Source: Planctomycetota bacterium
Lineage (GTDB): Bacteria; Planctomycetota; UBA8108; UBA1146
Direction: 5' to 3'
Assembly (NCBI GenBank): GCA_036338595.1
Contig: JAYZBV010000037.1
Location: forward strand, 32,001 to 96,000
DNA: 64,000 nucleotides
The translations under genes and the position numbers were made by a program. The notes beneath the pieces were generated by a model, which worked only from the letters and a program-made list of their open reading frames with translations, was not told the DNA's origin and did not search any database. This document shows, one piece after another, positions 1 through 8,546 of this stretch; within the stretch, counting starts at the first letter, position 1; every line of letters starts with the position of its first letter.

Positions 1-627
1 GAACAGCAAGATCCCTGCATCGTAGTTGCCGAGGAATATGGTATCGATGCGATGCATGTCCCAGTTCCCGGTCACGATCTCGGCTACGACCATCTCCGGG
101 TCGTTATTGCCGGCGCAGAACTGGCCGCCATCGCCGATCAGGATCAGCTTTCGCGAGTCGATGTCCTTGTTCGAGGTACGCAGGATCTGTAATCCAGCAT
201 TGACTCCCAGCGAGATGCATGTGGCCCCCATCGGCTGCAGTTCAGAAAGAAAGGAGATGGCCATGGCGCGCGCATGGGGTCCGGCGGTGACCATCTGATC
301 GTTCCAGGGGATGATCGGGGTCGAGAAGGCGACGATGCCCAGTTCGGCAGCACTGGAGAGCCCCTGGATGGCAGCGACCATCTCCTGGAGTAACGCCTGC
401 CACTTGCCACCGGTGCTCATCGATCCGCTGCGATCGATCACGAACAGGAAGGCGTCGGCCTCGTAGTGATGGCCATAGAAGTGGATCACCTCGGGAATCT
501 CTTCTTCATCATTTTGAGTCCCGGATCGACCCCCGGAGGGCAAATCCAGAGGACGACGTGCGGGCACCTCCCCTGCGAAGGTGGTCAGTGCCATGCAACC
601 AGATAGAAACAGAATCAGGCTTTTCAT
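1..627 (-). CDS. Secreted VWA-domain protein (3' end outside window)
   Basis: Not in the ORF track; read by hand from ATG 627 (upstream GCAGGAG): MKSLILFLSGCMALTTFA (signal-like)...FLFVIDRSGSM (MIDAS DxSxS)...GAT...LILIGDG; frame open to window edge. Confidence 0.85.
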   Translation of the reverse strand, partial: MKSLILFLSGCMALTTFAGEVPARRPLDLPSGGRSGTQNDEEEIPEVIHFYGHHYEADAFLFVIDRSGSMSTGGKWQALLQEMVAAIQGLSSAAELGIVAFSTPIIPWNDQMVTAGPHARAMAISFLSELQPMGATCISLGVNAGLQILRTSNKDIDSRKLILIGDGGQFCAGNNDPEMVVAEIVTGNWDMHRIDTIFLGNYDAGILLF

Positions 628-847
628 CACTCCTGCTCGCCAGGCGGGCGATCTCACCGGGGCGGGCGAGACACTGTCAGGCGCTCCACCCCCTGCATCG
701 GCATCCGGGTCGTGAATCTGAAGGAGCATCTTCGGATGTCGTCAATTGACCGCTGGAGGTCGCAGGAGACCGTTGACGAGGGTATGCTGCTTCCCGATCG
801 ACGATCCGGCCCGACCTGGCCGGCTCGAAGGCGAGAAGGAGATTTCC

Positions 848-2212
848 ATGTCGGGGAGCACCCGTCTAAACACCACCACAGCACTGCTCGTGGGTGCGAT
901 CCTTGGCCTGCTCTGCGGCTGGCCGTTGCAGCCGCTCGGTTCAGAATCTGCTGCGGTGGTCGCTGATCGGGTCATGCGAGTGATCGAGGATCGCTATGTC
1001 GAGGCGGTCGATGGACAGCAACTGCTGCGCGAAGGACTCGATCGGGTCGTGCAACAACTCGACCGCAACAGCCGCTTCTTCCCCCCCGCCGAGGCGGCTC
1101 GGTTTGAACAGGATACCGGCGGCATCGTGTTCGGGATCGGCATCATCCTGTCTGCAGCGGCAGAAGGTGGCGCCACGGTGCTGGCAGTGATCCCGGAAGG
1201 CCCTGCGGACATGGCAGGGATTCTCACCCAGGATCGCATCACAGCCATCGACGGAGACGATTGCAGCAGCTGGACCATCGAACAGCTCTCGATGCAGATC
1301 CGCGGAGACCTCGACAGTGCCGTGGCGATCCGGGTGGATCGCGATGGCACCGAACTGGATCTGTCGGCAACACGAGGTCAGGTGCAGGTTCCCAGCGTGA
1401 CCGAGATCGCACTGTTTCGACCGACTCAAGAAGACGCGGTTGCCATCGGCCTGGTTCGACTGCAGCAATTCCAGCCGGACTCCTCCAGGGAGGTGCGCCT
1501 GGCACTGGAAAAACTGGTCGCAGCGGGAGCCGAGGGAGTGGTGCTCGATCTGCGCAACAATGGCGGAGGTCTCTTCTCCGAGGCGATCGACATCGTTTCG
1601 CTGTTTCTGGAAGAGGGACTGACCGTGATCAGCACCCGGGGTCGATCGGGTCCAGACAGCGAGAAATCGGTCAAGGTGGTGGAATCGGGGCCCTATCTTG
1701 AACTTCCCCTGGTGATCCTCATCGACGGCGGCAGTGCCAGTGCGTCCGAGATCGTCGCATCGTCGCTTCGAGATCATCGCCGGGCAGCGCTGATCGGGTC
1801 GCTGAGTTTCGGCAAATGGTCGGTGCAGGATCTGATTCCGATTCGAGATGGCACCGAGACTTCGATCCTCAAACTGACCACCCAGTCCTTTCACGCCCCA
1901 CATGGGATCCGTGTCTCGCACGACGACAACGGGCAGAGGTCGGGACTGATCCCCGACCTGGAGCTGGCGACGGCCCCGGATGTAGGACTGGATCTGGTCC
2001 GATCGTGGCGCGGCAGAAGTTACGATCGGATCGAGCAGCCGGCTGCGATCACCCTCCTCGACGATCCCCTACCGGATCAGAAGGTCGATCTGCTCGGCAA
2101 TGGCGATGCTGCACTATGCGCTGCCATCGATCGCCTCAGAGATCCAGCCGCTCTGCGGCAGTGGCTGGCTGACGACGCCGACGATGCCCCCGTGGACCAG
2201 GAGCCGCGATGA
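848..2212 (+). CDS. S41 family C-terminal processing protease (PDZ + peptidase)
   Basis: N-terminal TM, GIGI PDZ, LDLRNNGGG, GGSASASEIV (catalytic Ser), SFGKWSVQ (catalytic Lys); start moved to ATG 848 after AAGGAG. Confidence 0.92.
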   Translation: MSGSTRLNTTTALLVGAILGLLCGWPLQPLGSESAAVVADRVMRVIEDRYVEAVDGQQLLREGLDRVVQQLDRNSRFFPPAEAARFEQDTGGIVFGIGIILSAAAEGGATVLAVIPEGPADMAGILTQDRITAIDGDDCSSWTIEQLSMQIRGDLDSAVAIRVDRDGTELDLSATRGQVQVPSVTEIALFRPTQEDAVAIGLVRLQQFQPDSSREVRLALEKLVAAGAEGVVLDLRNNGGGLFSEAIDIVSLFLEEGLTVISTRGRSGPDSEKSVKVVESGPYLELPLVILIDGGSASASEIVASSLRDHRRAALIGSLSFGKWSVQDLIPIRDGTETSILKLTTQSFHAPHGIRVSHDDNGQRSGLIPDLELATAPDVGLDLVRSWRGRSYDRIEQPAAITLLDDPLPDQKVDLLGNGDAALCAAIDRLRDPAALRQWLADDADDAPVDQEPR

Positions 2213-3216
2213 AGGTGCTCGCCATCGAGACCACCTGCGATGAGACGGCAGCCGCGGTCGTCGAGTGCGGGCCGAAGGTGCTTTCCAATGTCGTCTATTC
2301 ACAGATCGAAGAACACGCTCCCTTCGGCGGCGTCGTGCCCGAGATCGCCAGTCGAAGCCATGTCGAACAGTTGACCGCAGTGATCGAACAGGCGCTGCAG
2401 AAATCACAGCTGCAGCCTTCGCAACTCGATGCGGTTGCGGTGGCCCAGCGACCGGGCCTGATCGGCGCTCTGATGATCGGAGTCACCACTGCCAAGGCGC
2501 TGGCGTGGGCCTGGGATCTACCCCTGATCGGGGTTCACCACCTTCACGCTCACCTCGAGGCCTCGGCACTGGACGGGCAACAGGTGGACCCACCCTACCT
2601 CGGTGTCGTGATCTCTGGAGGCCACACCGATCTGCATCGCGTCGAGGAGTTGGGCACCACGCGGTGGCTCGGAGGCACCCGCGACGATGCTCTCGGCGAG
2701 GCGTTTGACAAGGTCTCCTCGGTACTCGGACTCGGCTACCCGGGCGGTCCCGCCGTCGAGAAGGCGGCCAGAGGAGGCGATGCCAAGGCGGTCCAGTTAC
2801 CGAGGACGCTGCTCGAGGAGGATTCGCTCGATTTCTCCTTTTCCGGCATCAAGACCGCGGTTCTGTACCTTTGGCGCGGTCGAAACGCCTCGTATCCTGG
2901 TAGGGCTCCCGGGGCACCGGAGCCACAGGACATCTGCGCTGCCTTTCAGGAAGCGGTCTTCGATGTGCTGGCGCAGAAGATCGAGCGCGCCTGTCAGCAG
3001 GAATCGCTCTCGGAAGTGGTGCTCGGCGGAGGCGTGACGGCGAATCGCGCCCTTCGCGAATCACTTGCAGAACAACTCGGCGAGAAGTTTCAGCTCTATT
3101 TCCCGCCGCTGCAGTACGCCACCGACAACGCCGCCATGATCGGCGCACTGGCGCTGCGTCGGCTCGAAGCGGGACACATCGATGACCTGGAACTGGTCGC
3201 GGAGGCACAACCATGA
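2209..3216 (+). CDS. tsaD: tRNA N6-threonylcarbamoyltransferase TsaD
   Basis: IETTCDET, GGVVPEIASRSH, HHLHAH, SGGHT, TRDDALGEAFDK, TDNAAMI; ATGA overlap with ctp. Confidence 0.97.
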   Translation: MKVLAIETTCDETAAAVVECGPKVLSNVVYSQIEEHAPFGGVVPEIASRSHVEQLTAVIEQALQKSQLQPSQLDAVAVAQRPGLIGALMIGVTTAKALAWAWDLPLIGVHHLHAHLEASALDGQQVDPPYLGVVISGGHTDLHRVEELGTTRWLGGTRDDALGEAFDKVSSVLGLGYPGGPAVEKAARGGDAKAVQLPRTLLEEDSLDFSFSGIKTAVLYLWRGRNASYPGRAPGAPEPQDICAAFQEAVFDVLAQKIERACQQESLSEVVLGGGVTANRALRESLAEQLGEKFQLYFPPLQYATDNAAMIGALALRRLEAGHIDDLELVAEAQP

Positions 3217-3890
3217 GTCGATCCAACAACCTGGACATCGATCATGACCGTCAACAGCGATGCGGCTTTCCCGAGGTGGTCTTCGGAGCCGGCAAGACCG
3301 CCGCAGAGATCACCGATGCGCTCTCCTCCATCGCAGATCGATCGGGTCTGGCTCTCGCAACCCGCGTCGATGAAACGGTCGGGGAAGCGATCGCCAGCGA
3401 CATCGCCGATGCCTGCTGGCACGAGAGATGTCGTTGCATCTCCATCGATCGAACCGAGCAAACCCGCCAGGGCCAGGTCACCATCATCTGTGCCGGAACC
3501 AGCGATCTTCCCGTGGCCCAGGAGGCGCTGCTGACCTGTGACCTGGCAGGAGCTCACACCGAACTGCTCGCGGATGCCGGCGTCGCTGGCATCCATCGCG
3601 TGCTTTCGCATGATGAACGATTGCGCTCCTCGAATGTGCTGGTGGTGGTGGCCGGCATGGAAGGAGCGCTGCCCTCTGTTGTGGCCGGGCGCGTCTCGGT
3701 TCCGGTGATCGCCGTTCCCACCAGCATCGGATACGGCGCCTCCTTCGGAGGTGTCACGGCATTGCTCGGAATGCTCTGCTCCTGTGCATCGGGGATCTCG
3801 GTGGTCAACATCGATAACGGCTTCGGAGCCGGAATCATCGCGGCGAGGATCAATAAACTCGCCTGCGACGGAGGACCTGGTGGGCGCTGA
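3213..3890 (+). CDS. larB: Nickel-pincer cofactor biosynthesis protein LarB (PurE-like)
   Basis: DHDRQQRCGFPEVVFG, AGTSDLPVA, DAGVAGIHR, AGMEGALPSVV, PTSIGYG, VVNIDNGFGA. Confidence 0.93.
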   Translation: MSRSNNLDIDHDRQQRCGFPEVVFGAGKTAAEITDALSSIADRSGLALATRVDETVGEAIASDIADACWHERCRCISIDRTEQTRQGQVTIICAGTSDLPVAQEALLTCDLAGAHTELLADAGVAGIHRVLSHDERLRSSNVLVVVAGMEGALPSVVAGRVSVPVIAVPTSIGYGASFGGVTALLGMLCSCASGISVVNIDNGFGAGIIAARINKLACDGGPGGR

Positions 3891-4737
3891 TTCCTTTGGC
3901 CCGCTGCCGCCAAGACCTGCCGATGCCAACAAATCGACGATGGGAACGGTGCAGGTGGTCGGCGGATCACCGGGGCTCAGCGGTGCCCCACTGCTGGCGG
4001 CCCATGCCGCACTCCGCTCGGGAAGTGGCCGTGTCATCGTCGCCGTGCCCGCGTCGCTGGCATCGGTCGCAGAGGAACGGAAGCCGCTCGAGGCGATGTC
4101 GTGGAGTCCACAGGACAACGGTGATGTCTGGACAGTGGCCGCGATCGAGGCGCTGCTGGAGACGCCAGCGCCAAGTTGCTGGGTGTTCGGCTGTGGACTC
4201 GGTCGCGATGCACGATCGACGGAAGCGATGCACTGCTGGCTGCAGAATCGTGATCGCCCTGCGGTGATCGATGCCGATGCACTGTGGCATCTGGCGAGCG
4301 ATCCTCGGATGTTCTCGATGCTCGGACCCGATGTCGTGCTCACGCCCCACCGCGGCGAACTGGATCGATTGGCAGAAGTTCTCGACCTGGAGGGCTCGCA
4401 GCGTGAGGATCTGTCACGAGGATTGCAGCAAATCTGCGGTGCCGTGGTGGTGGCCAAGGGACCGGGCACCGTGACCGTCGGTGACATCGGTGTCTTTCGC
4501 AACGACACCGGCAATCGTGGCATGGCCACTGCCGGAAGTGGCGATGTGCTGGCAGGGGTGATCGGAGCACTGATGGCGCGAGGAGATGAACCCGAGATCG
4601 CGGCTCGACGCGGCGCCTGGTTACACGGTCGAGCCGGTGACCTGGCCGCGCAGAGACTCGGAGTGGAATCGCTGATCGCGGGAGACATCGTCGATTCCCT
4701 CGCGGACGCGTTCATGGAACAGGAGCCATCGAGTTGA
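3880..4737 (+). CDS. nnrD: ADP-dependent NAD(P)H-hydrate dehydratase (stand-alone)
   Basis: GGSPGLSGAP, GCGLG, VIDADAL, LTPHRGE, AKG, ATAGSGDVLAG, HGRAGD; start estimated at GTG 3880 after GGAGG. Confidence 0.92.
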   Translation: MGADSFGPLPPRPADANKSTMGTVQVVGGSPGLSGAPLLAAHAALRSGSGRVIVAVPASLASVAEERKPLEAMSWSPQDNGDVWTVAAIEALLETPAPSCWVFGCGLGRDARSTEAMHCWLQNRDRPAVIDADALWHLASDPRMFSMLGPDVVLTPHRGELDRLAEVLDLEGSQREDLSRGLQQICGAVVVAKGPGTVTVGDIGVFRNDTGNRGMATAGSGDVLAGVIGALMARGDEPEIAARRGAWLHGRAGDLAAQRLGVESLIAGDIVDSLADAFMEQEPSS

Positions 4738-5576
4738 AGATGCCCGTGGAACTGTGCCAGGTCGATGACTACGAGGTGCTCGAGACGGTGGATCTGGGGC
4801 AGGACTGGTTTCGACTCGACATCGAAGCACCCGCCATCGCCTCGACGGCAAGAGCCGGGCAGTTCGTCCAGGTGCGCATCGGTTCCGGTGACATTCCGCT
4901 GATCCGTCGCCCCTTCAGCATCTTCGATGTCGGACCCACGCCCGGTGCCGATGCGACGATGATTCGACTGCTGGTGCAGCGTGTCGGACCCGGCTCCAGT
5001 GCCATGGTGAATCTGAGGGCGGGCGACAGGATCGATCTGATGGGCCCGCTCGGTCAACCGATGCCCAGACCCGAACTGGATGCTGCCGGCACCCTGTTTC
5101 TGGTCGGTGGTGGCATCGGCGTGGCGCCCCTTTACTTCTACTGTCGGGAACTGGCCAGCGAATCCTCTGCGTTCCAGTACAAGGTACTACTGGGAGCCAG
5201 AAGTCGTGCACTGCTGATCGGACTCGATGCCTTCGAATCGATCGGGGTCGAAACCTGCGCCGCTACCGATGACGGCAGCAGCGGATATCACGGCAACATC
5301 ATCCAGTTGCTCGGCGATCTCCTCGACCAGCTGCCCGAGGGCGACGCGGTGGCGGGAATCGGATGTGGTCCCCACGGCATGAACCTGGCCCTGCGACAGC
5401 TGGCCGTCGAGCGCGATCTACGCTTCTGGATCTCGCTCGAAAACTACATGCCGTGCGGATTCGGAGCCTGCTTCGGCTGCGTCATCCCGGGGCCGCCAGA
5501 CGAGCCTCCTCGATATCGACGCGTCTGCGTCGAGGGCCCCTGTTTTCCGGCCCACGAGTTGCCCGAGCAGTTCTAG
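4734..5576 (+). CDS. pyrK: Dihydroorotate dehydrogenase electron transfer subunit (FAD, 2Fe-2S)
   Basis: AGQFVQV, RRPFSI, GPLG, GGGIGVAP, TDDGS, CGP, MPCGFGACFGC...VCVEGP. Confidence 0.88.
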   Translation: MKMPVELCQVDDYEVLETVDLGQDWFRLDIEAPAIASTARAGQFVQVRIGSGDIPLIRRPFSIFDVGPTPGADATMIRLLVQRVGPGSSAMVNLRAGDRIDLMGPLGQPMPRPELDAAGTLFLVGGGIGVAPLYFYCRELASESSAFQYKVLLGARSRALLIGLDAFESIGVETCAATDDGSSGYHGNIIQLLGDLLDQLPEGDAVAGIGCGPHGMNLALRQLAVERDLRFWISLENYMPCGFGACFGCVIPGPPDEPPRYRRVCVEGPCFPAHELPEQF

Positions 5577-5998
5577 CCGTAAGAATTCGTTACGCGACGG
5601 GTCTGACCCCGATCCGGAGCCTGCATCGGTGCCGAAGTTCCTCTCTCGAAAACCCCTCGGAGCCGCAACAGCCGTATTCATCCGAGACGGATGCTCGTAT
5701 CCGGCCACCAGGCACGATTCTCGGCCCTCACCGACAGGGCGAAGCGGCTGCATTCTGACCACCTTCTACTGCTGAACCGTTCTTCTGGAAGTCATCGAGT
5801 CAATTCGCTATGGTGATTCGGTCCTGCGGCAACGATCTCACCGGGATGCCAGCGCGCCCCGGTCCGGTGATCCGTGAACGGAACCTGAGTGCGGTACTCA
5901 CCGTGTTGCGAGATTCGATGACGACGGCACGCTCGGGTTCAACGACTCGAGTTGAAGTTGCACTCCGGAGGGGCCTCTGGCTCCCTCGATCCTGATGC

Positions 5999-6030
5999 GC
6001 CGGGAGAGTTAACCCTCTCCCGGCTTTTTT
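5999..6030 (+). terminator. Rho-independent terminator
   Basis: GCCGGGAGAG-ttaacc-CTCTCCCGGC followed by T6. Confidence 0.85.
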
Positions 6031-6180
6031 CATCGGCGGAAGTTTGCCGGGACCACATCGACATCATCATCGACATCATCACAGTGGCGCATCGGTCGTG
6101 CAGTGATCGAGATCGCGCGGCCGGGCGAAGCGCCAGATCACCGTCGCGGGCAGTGCCCTCTGGACTTGACCACCCACCCG

Positions 6181-6227
6181 GAGATCATCGAACTCCCCAA
6201 GGCCGCAGGTGCCAGGGAGTGACTACG
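6181..6227 (+). repeat. 47-bp direct-repeat copy of the ankyrin gene 3' end (partner 6916-6962)
   Basis: gagatcatcGaactcCCcaaggccgcaggtgccagggagtgactacg matches 6916-6962 at 45/47 positions and includes the stop codon. Confidence 0.9.
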
Positions 6228-6267
6228 GGTGGAACCACACGACTGCTGGTGACCGAAGGAGAAACGG

Positions 6268-6957
6268 ATGAACCGGATCTGCATCGCTGCACTGACGACT
6301 GTGATGATCTGCGGACCGGGGTGCGAGCCGTCGGCGCAGGAGAGGGTCGAGGCCACTGAGAAGTTGCTGTCGGTGTGGGATGAGGACATCCAGGGTTCAG
6401 ATACGTATTCCATCATGGTGTTGATCGGCGATGGTGCGAATGTCAACGTCAGGGATAAGAACGGCAAGACCCCACTGATGTTCGCCGCCCGCTTCTCCTC
6501 GACCCCGGAGATCGTCAAGCTGTTGATCGAGGCGAATGCGGATGTCAACGCCATGAGTAGTGCCGGCTGGACCCCGCTGATGTTCGCCGCCGGCTTCTCC
6601 TCGATCCCGGAGATCGTCACGGTGCTGGTGGCAAGGGGTGCAGCGGTCAACGCAAAGAGTCACGCCGGCTGGACCCCGCTGATGTTCGCGGCCGCCTTCT
6701 CAGAGACCCCGGAGATCGTCACTCTATTGATCGAGGCGGGTGCGGACCTCAACGCCAAGGACGGTAACGGCTGGACCCCGCTGATGGTCGCCGCCCGTTC
6801 CGAGACCCCGGAGATCGTCACGCTGTTGATCGAGGCGGGTGCGGATGTCAATGCCATGAACAATAACGGCTATACCCCGCTGTGGTTTGCCAAACCCAGG
6901 TTCGGTTCGACCCCCGAGATCATCAAACTCCTCAAGGCCGCAGGTGCCAGGGAGTGA
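6268..6957 (+). CDS. Exported ankyrin-repeat protein (about 5 repeats, possible lipoprotein)
   Basis: Repeated GxTPLM(F/V)AA...TPEIVxLLIEAGADVNA units of about 34 aa; hydrophobic N-terminus ending GPGC; RBS GAAGGAG. Confidence 0.93.
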   Translation: MNRICIAALTTVMICGPGCEPSAQERVEATEKLLSVWDEDIQGSDTYSIMVLIGDGANVNVRDKNGKTPLMFAARFSSTPEIVKLLIEANADVNAMSSAGWTPLMFAAGFSSIPEIVTVLVARGAAVNAKSHAGWTPLMFAAAFSETPEIVTLLIEAGADLNAKDGNGWTPLMVAARSETPEIVTLLIEAGADVNAMNNNGYTPLWFAKPRFGSTPEIIKLLKAAGARE

Positions 6958-7026
6958 CTACGAGAAGCGGCGCGGGCAGAAAATATCGACAGCAAACACG
7001 AGATCGTCAACGAGCGAATCATGCCG

Positions 7027-7371
7027 TCACTTTGACCCCGAGAGCTGGTCGATGCGGGCCGCCAGGATGAAGTCCAACTCGGTCAGGCCATCGACGGCGT
7101 GGGTGAAGATCTTCACCTCGACTCGCCCCCAGCCGAGGGACAGATCGGGATGGTGCCCCAGTTGCTCGGCCAGATCGCCGATACCCTGCACATGAGCGAG
7201 CGCCGATACGAAGTCGGGAAACACGAATTTCCTGACCAGATGGTGATCTCCCCCGATGCTCCAATCCTGCAACTCTGCGAGCCACTGCTGTCGCTCGGAA
7301 TCGGTGGCCAGCGGCGTCTCGCCGTGGCACGGCGAGCAATGCCTCTCGGCGAGCGGTTCTGGATGCGTCAT
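7027..7371 (-). CDS. phhB: Pterin-4-alpha-carbinolamine dehydratase
   Basis: CSPC, FxFPDF, AEQLGHHPDL, THAVDGLTELDFILAARID; start estimated at ATG 7371. Confidence 0.92.
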   Translation of the reverse strand: MTHPEPLAERHCSPCHGETPLATDSERQQWLAELQDWSIGGDHHLVRKFVFPDFVSALAHVQGIGDLAEQLGHHPDLSLGWGRVEVKIFTHAVDGLTELDFILAARIDQLSGSK

Positions 7372-7619
7372 GGTGTCCCTTCCCGGCTGGATGTGTCCTC
7401 TCCCTGAGGGCTCCATCGTGCCCGCTACGGAGGGGTTGTACAGGTCAGTAATGACAGGTAAGTCATGTCTGAATGTAAAGTCATAAAATGAAGCACTGAC
7501 TGGAGATAGAGACGGTTTGAGCGGCTATCCGTGGCCATCCAGAGTGCTGATTGGCCAGATGCAGCCACGGCACCCGGCACAATTTGCGGGCATTCGCCCG
7601 AACGAGGCCAACCACGCGT

Positions 7620-7635
7620 TGGCATACAACTTGCT
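7620..7635 (+). promoter_or_regulatory. Candidate sigma54 (-24/-12) promoter facing the HNH gene
   Basis: TGGCATACAACTTGCT, exact GG-N10-GC spacing; ATGAC-N6-GTCAT palindrome at 7451-7466 could be an enhancer site. Confidence 0.65.
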
Positions 7636-7757
7636 TACAAAAGTGTAACGATATCCAGCACACACGATGCTCCGGCTTGCGAAGAACTTGACGGCAATCG
7701 TGAATTGATATTCGACTTGCTTTGTTATTCAATCCGCGCGGTGCACCTATGCGCGGT

Positions 7758-7832
7758 TAGCCTCTGGTCTGCCGACAGGGGTTCGGGGAGGGACAGGGAT
7801 GGCCCTCTTCGACTAACGGCGACCAGAGGCTA
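7758..7832 (+). ncRNA. Long hairpin in the HNH leader (unassigned structured RNA)
   Basis: TAGCCTCTGGTC/GACCAGAGGCTA 12 bp, plus GCCG/CGGC, plus TCGGGGAGGG/CCCTCTTCGA (G-U pairs favour + strand); apical CAGGGATG. Confidence 0.5.
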
Positions 7833-7936
7833 TTATTTTATCCCCCACCGACCACCCACACACCTCGGTGCTAGATCAAACCGTTGCGTCACCTTACCCT
7901 TGAAACACCGACACACTGTCGCTGAAGGGAATTGGT

Positions 7937-8539
7937 TTGACCGCTCTGGAGATCCCGACCCTGGTTCTGAATCGCAGTTGGACGCCGATTCACACCTTAC
8001 CTGCCAAGTTCGCCATCGGCATGGTGGCCAGAGATGCGGCCCGCATCATCGATCCGGAGACCTATGAGATCCATGATCTGCAGTCGTGGCACGATGTTTC
8101 TCAGGCGCGCGAGTTCGTCGATGGCCTCTCGATCAAATCGGAGTCGCTGTGGCTCGCACCGCTGGAGGTGATCGTGCTGACCTCCTATTCCGGAGTCGGT
8201 GATCGAACCGTGACCTTTTCGAGGCTCAACCTCTACCGGCGCGATCGCAACACCTGCCAGTACTGCGGCAAGCGCCCTGGAACCCGGGAACTGACCATCG
8301 ATCACATCTTGCCGCGCAGCCGCGGCGGCAAGTTGAGCTGGGGAAATTGCGTACTCGCCTGCGTCAGTTGCAACAAACGCAAGGCCAACAGAACGCCAGA
8401 CGAAGCTCAGATGAAACTTCTCACCGCACCGATTCAGCCTGACTGGACGATGATCCGCAAGATTGCACCGAGACCGATCTGGTCCTCGTGGGACAAGTTC
8501 ATCAGCGATGCCTACTGGCGCCAGGAACTGATCGATTGA
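7937..8539 (+). CDS. HNH endonuclease (McrA-like, LVLN N-terminus)
   Basis: TLVLN, RDRNTCQYC, TIDHILPRSRGG, NCVLACVSCNKRK. Confidence 0.93.
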   Translation: MTALEIPTLVLNRSWTPIHTLPAKFAIGMVARDAARIIDPETYEIHDLQSWHDVSQAREFVDGLSIKSESLWLAPLEVIVLTSYSGVGDRTVTFSRLNLYRRDRNTCQYCGKRPGTRELTIDHILPRSRGGKLSWGNCVLACVSCNKRKANRTPDEAQMKLLTAPIQPDWTMIRKIAPRPIWSSWDKFISDAYWRQELID

Positions 8540-8546
8540 TCCCGAC

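Noticed and set aside
3096..5057. Long opposite-strand or alternative-frame ORFs (also 22065-23858, 52702-53607, 54173-54814)
   Set aside because: They overlap well-supported genes, lack motifs, and are expected in high-GC DNA.
6460..6930. CRISPR-like periodic repeats (also 27059-27478 and 54298-54600)
   Set aside because: All are in-frame coding repeats without unique spacers; no cas genes.
6181..6962. DGR template/variable repeat pair at the ankyrin gene
   Set aside because: Only 47 bp, two mismatches (G/A and C/T) that are not adenine-specific, and no reverse transcriptase in the window.
7937..8539. IscB/Cas9-like or IS200/605 element
   Set aside because: 200 aa, no PLMP or split RuvC motifs, no tnpA; it is a stand-alone HNH family.
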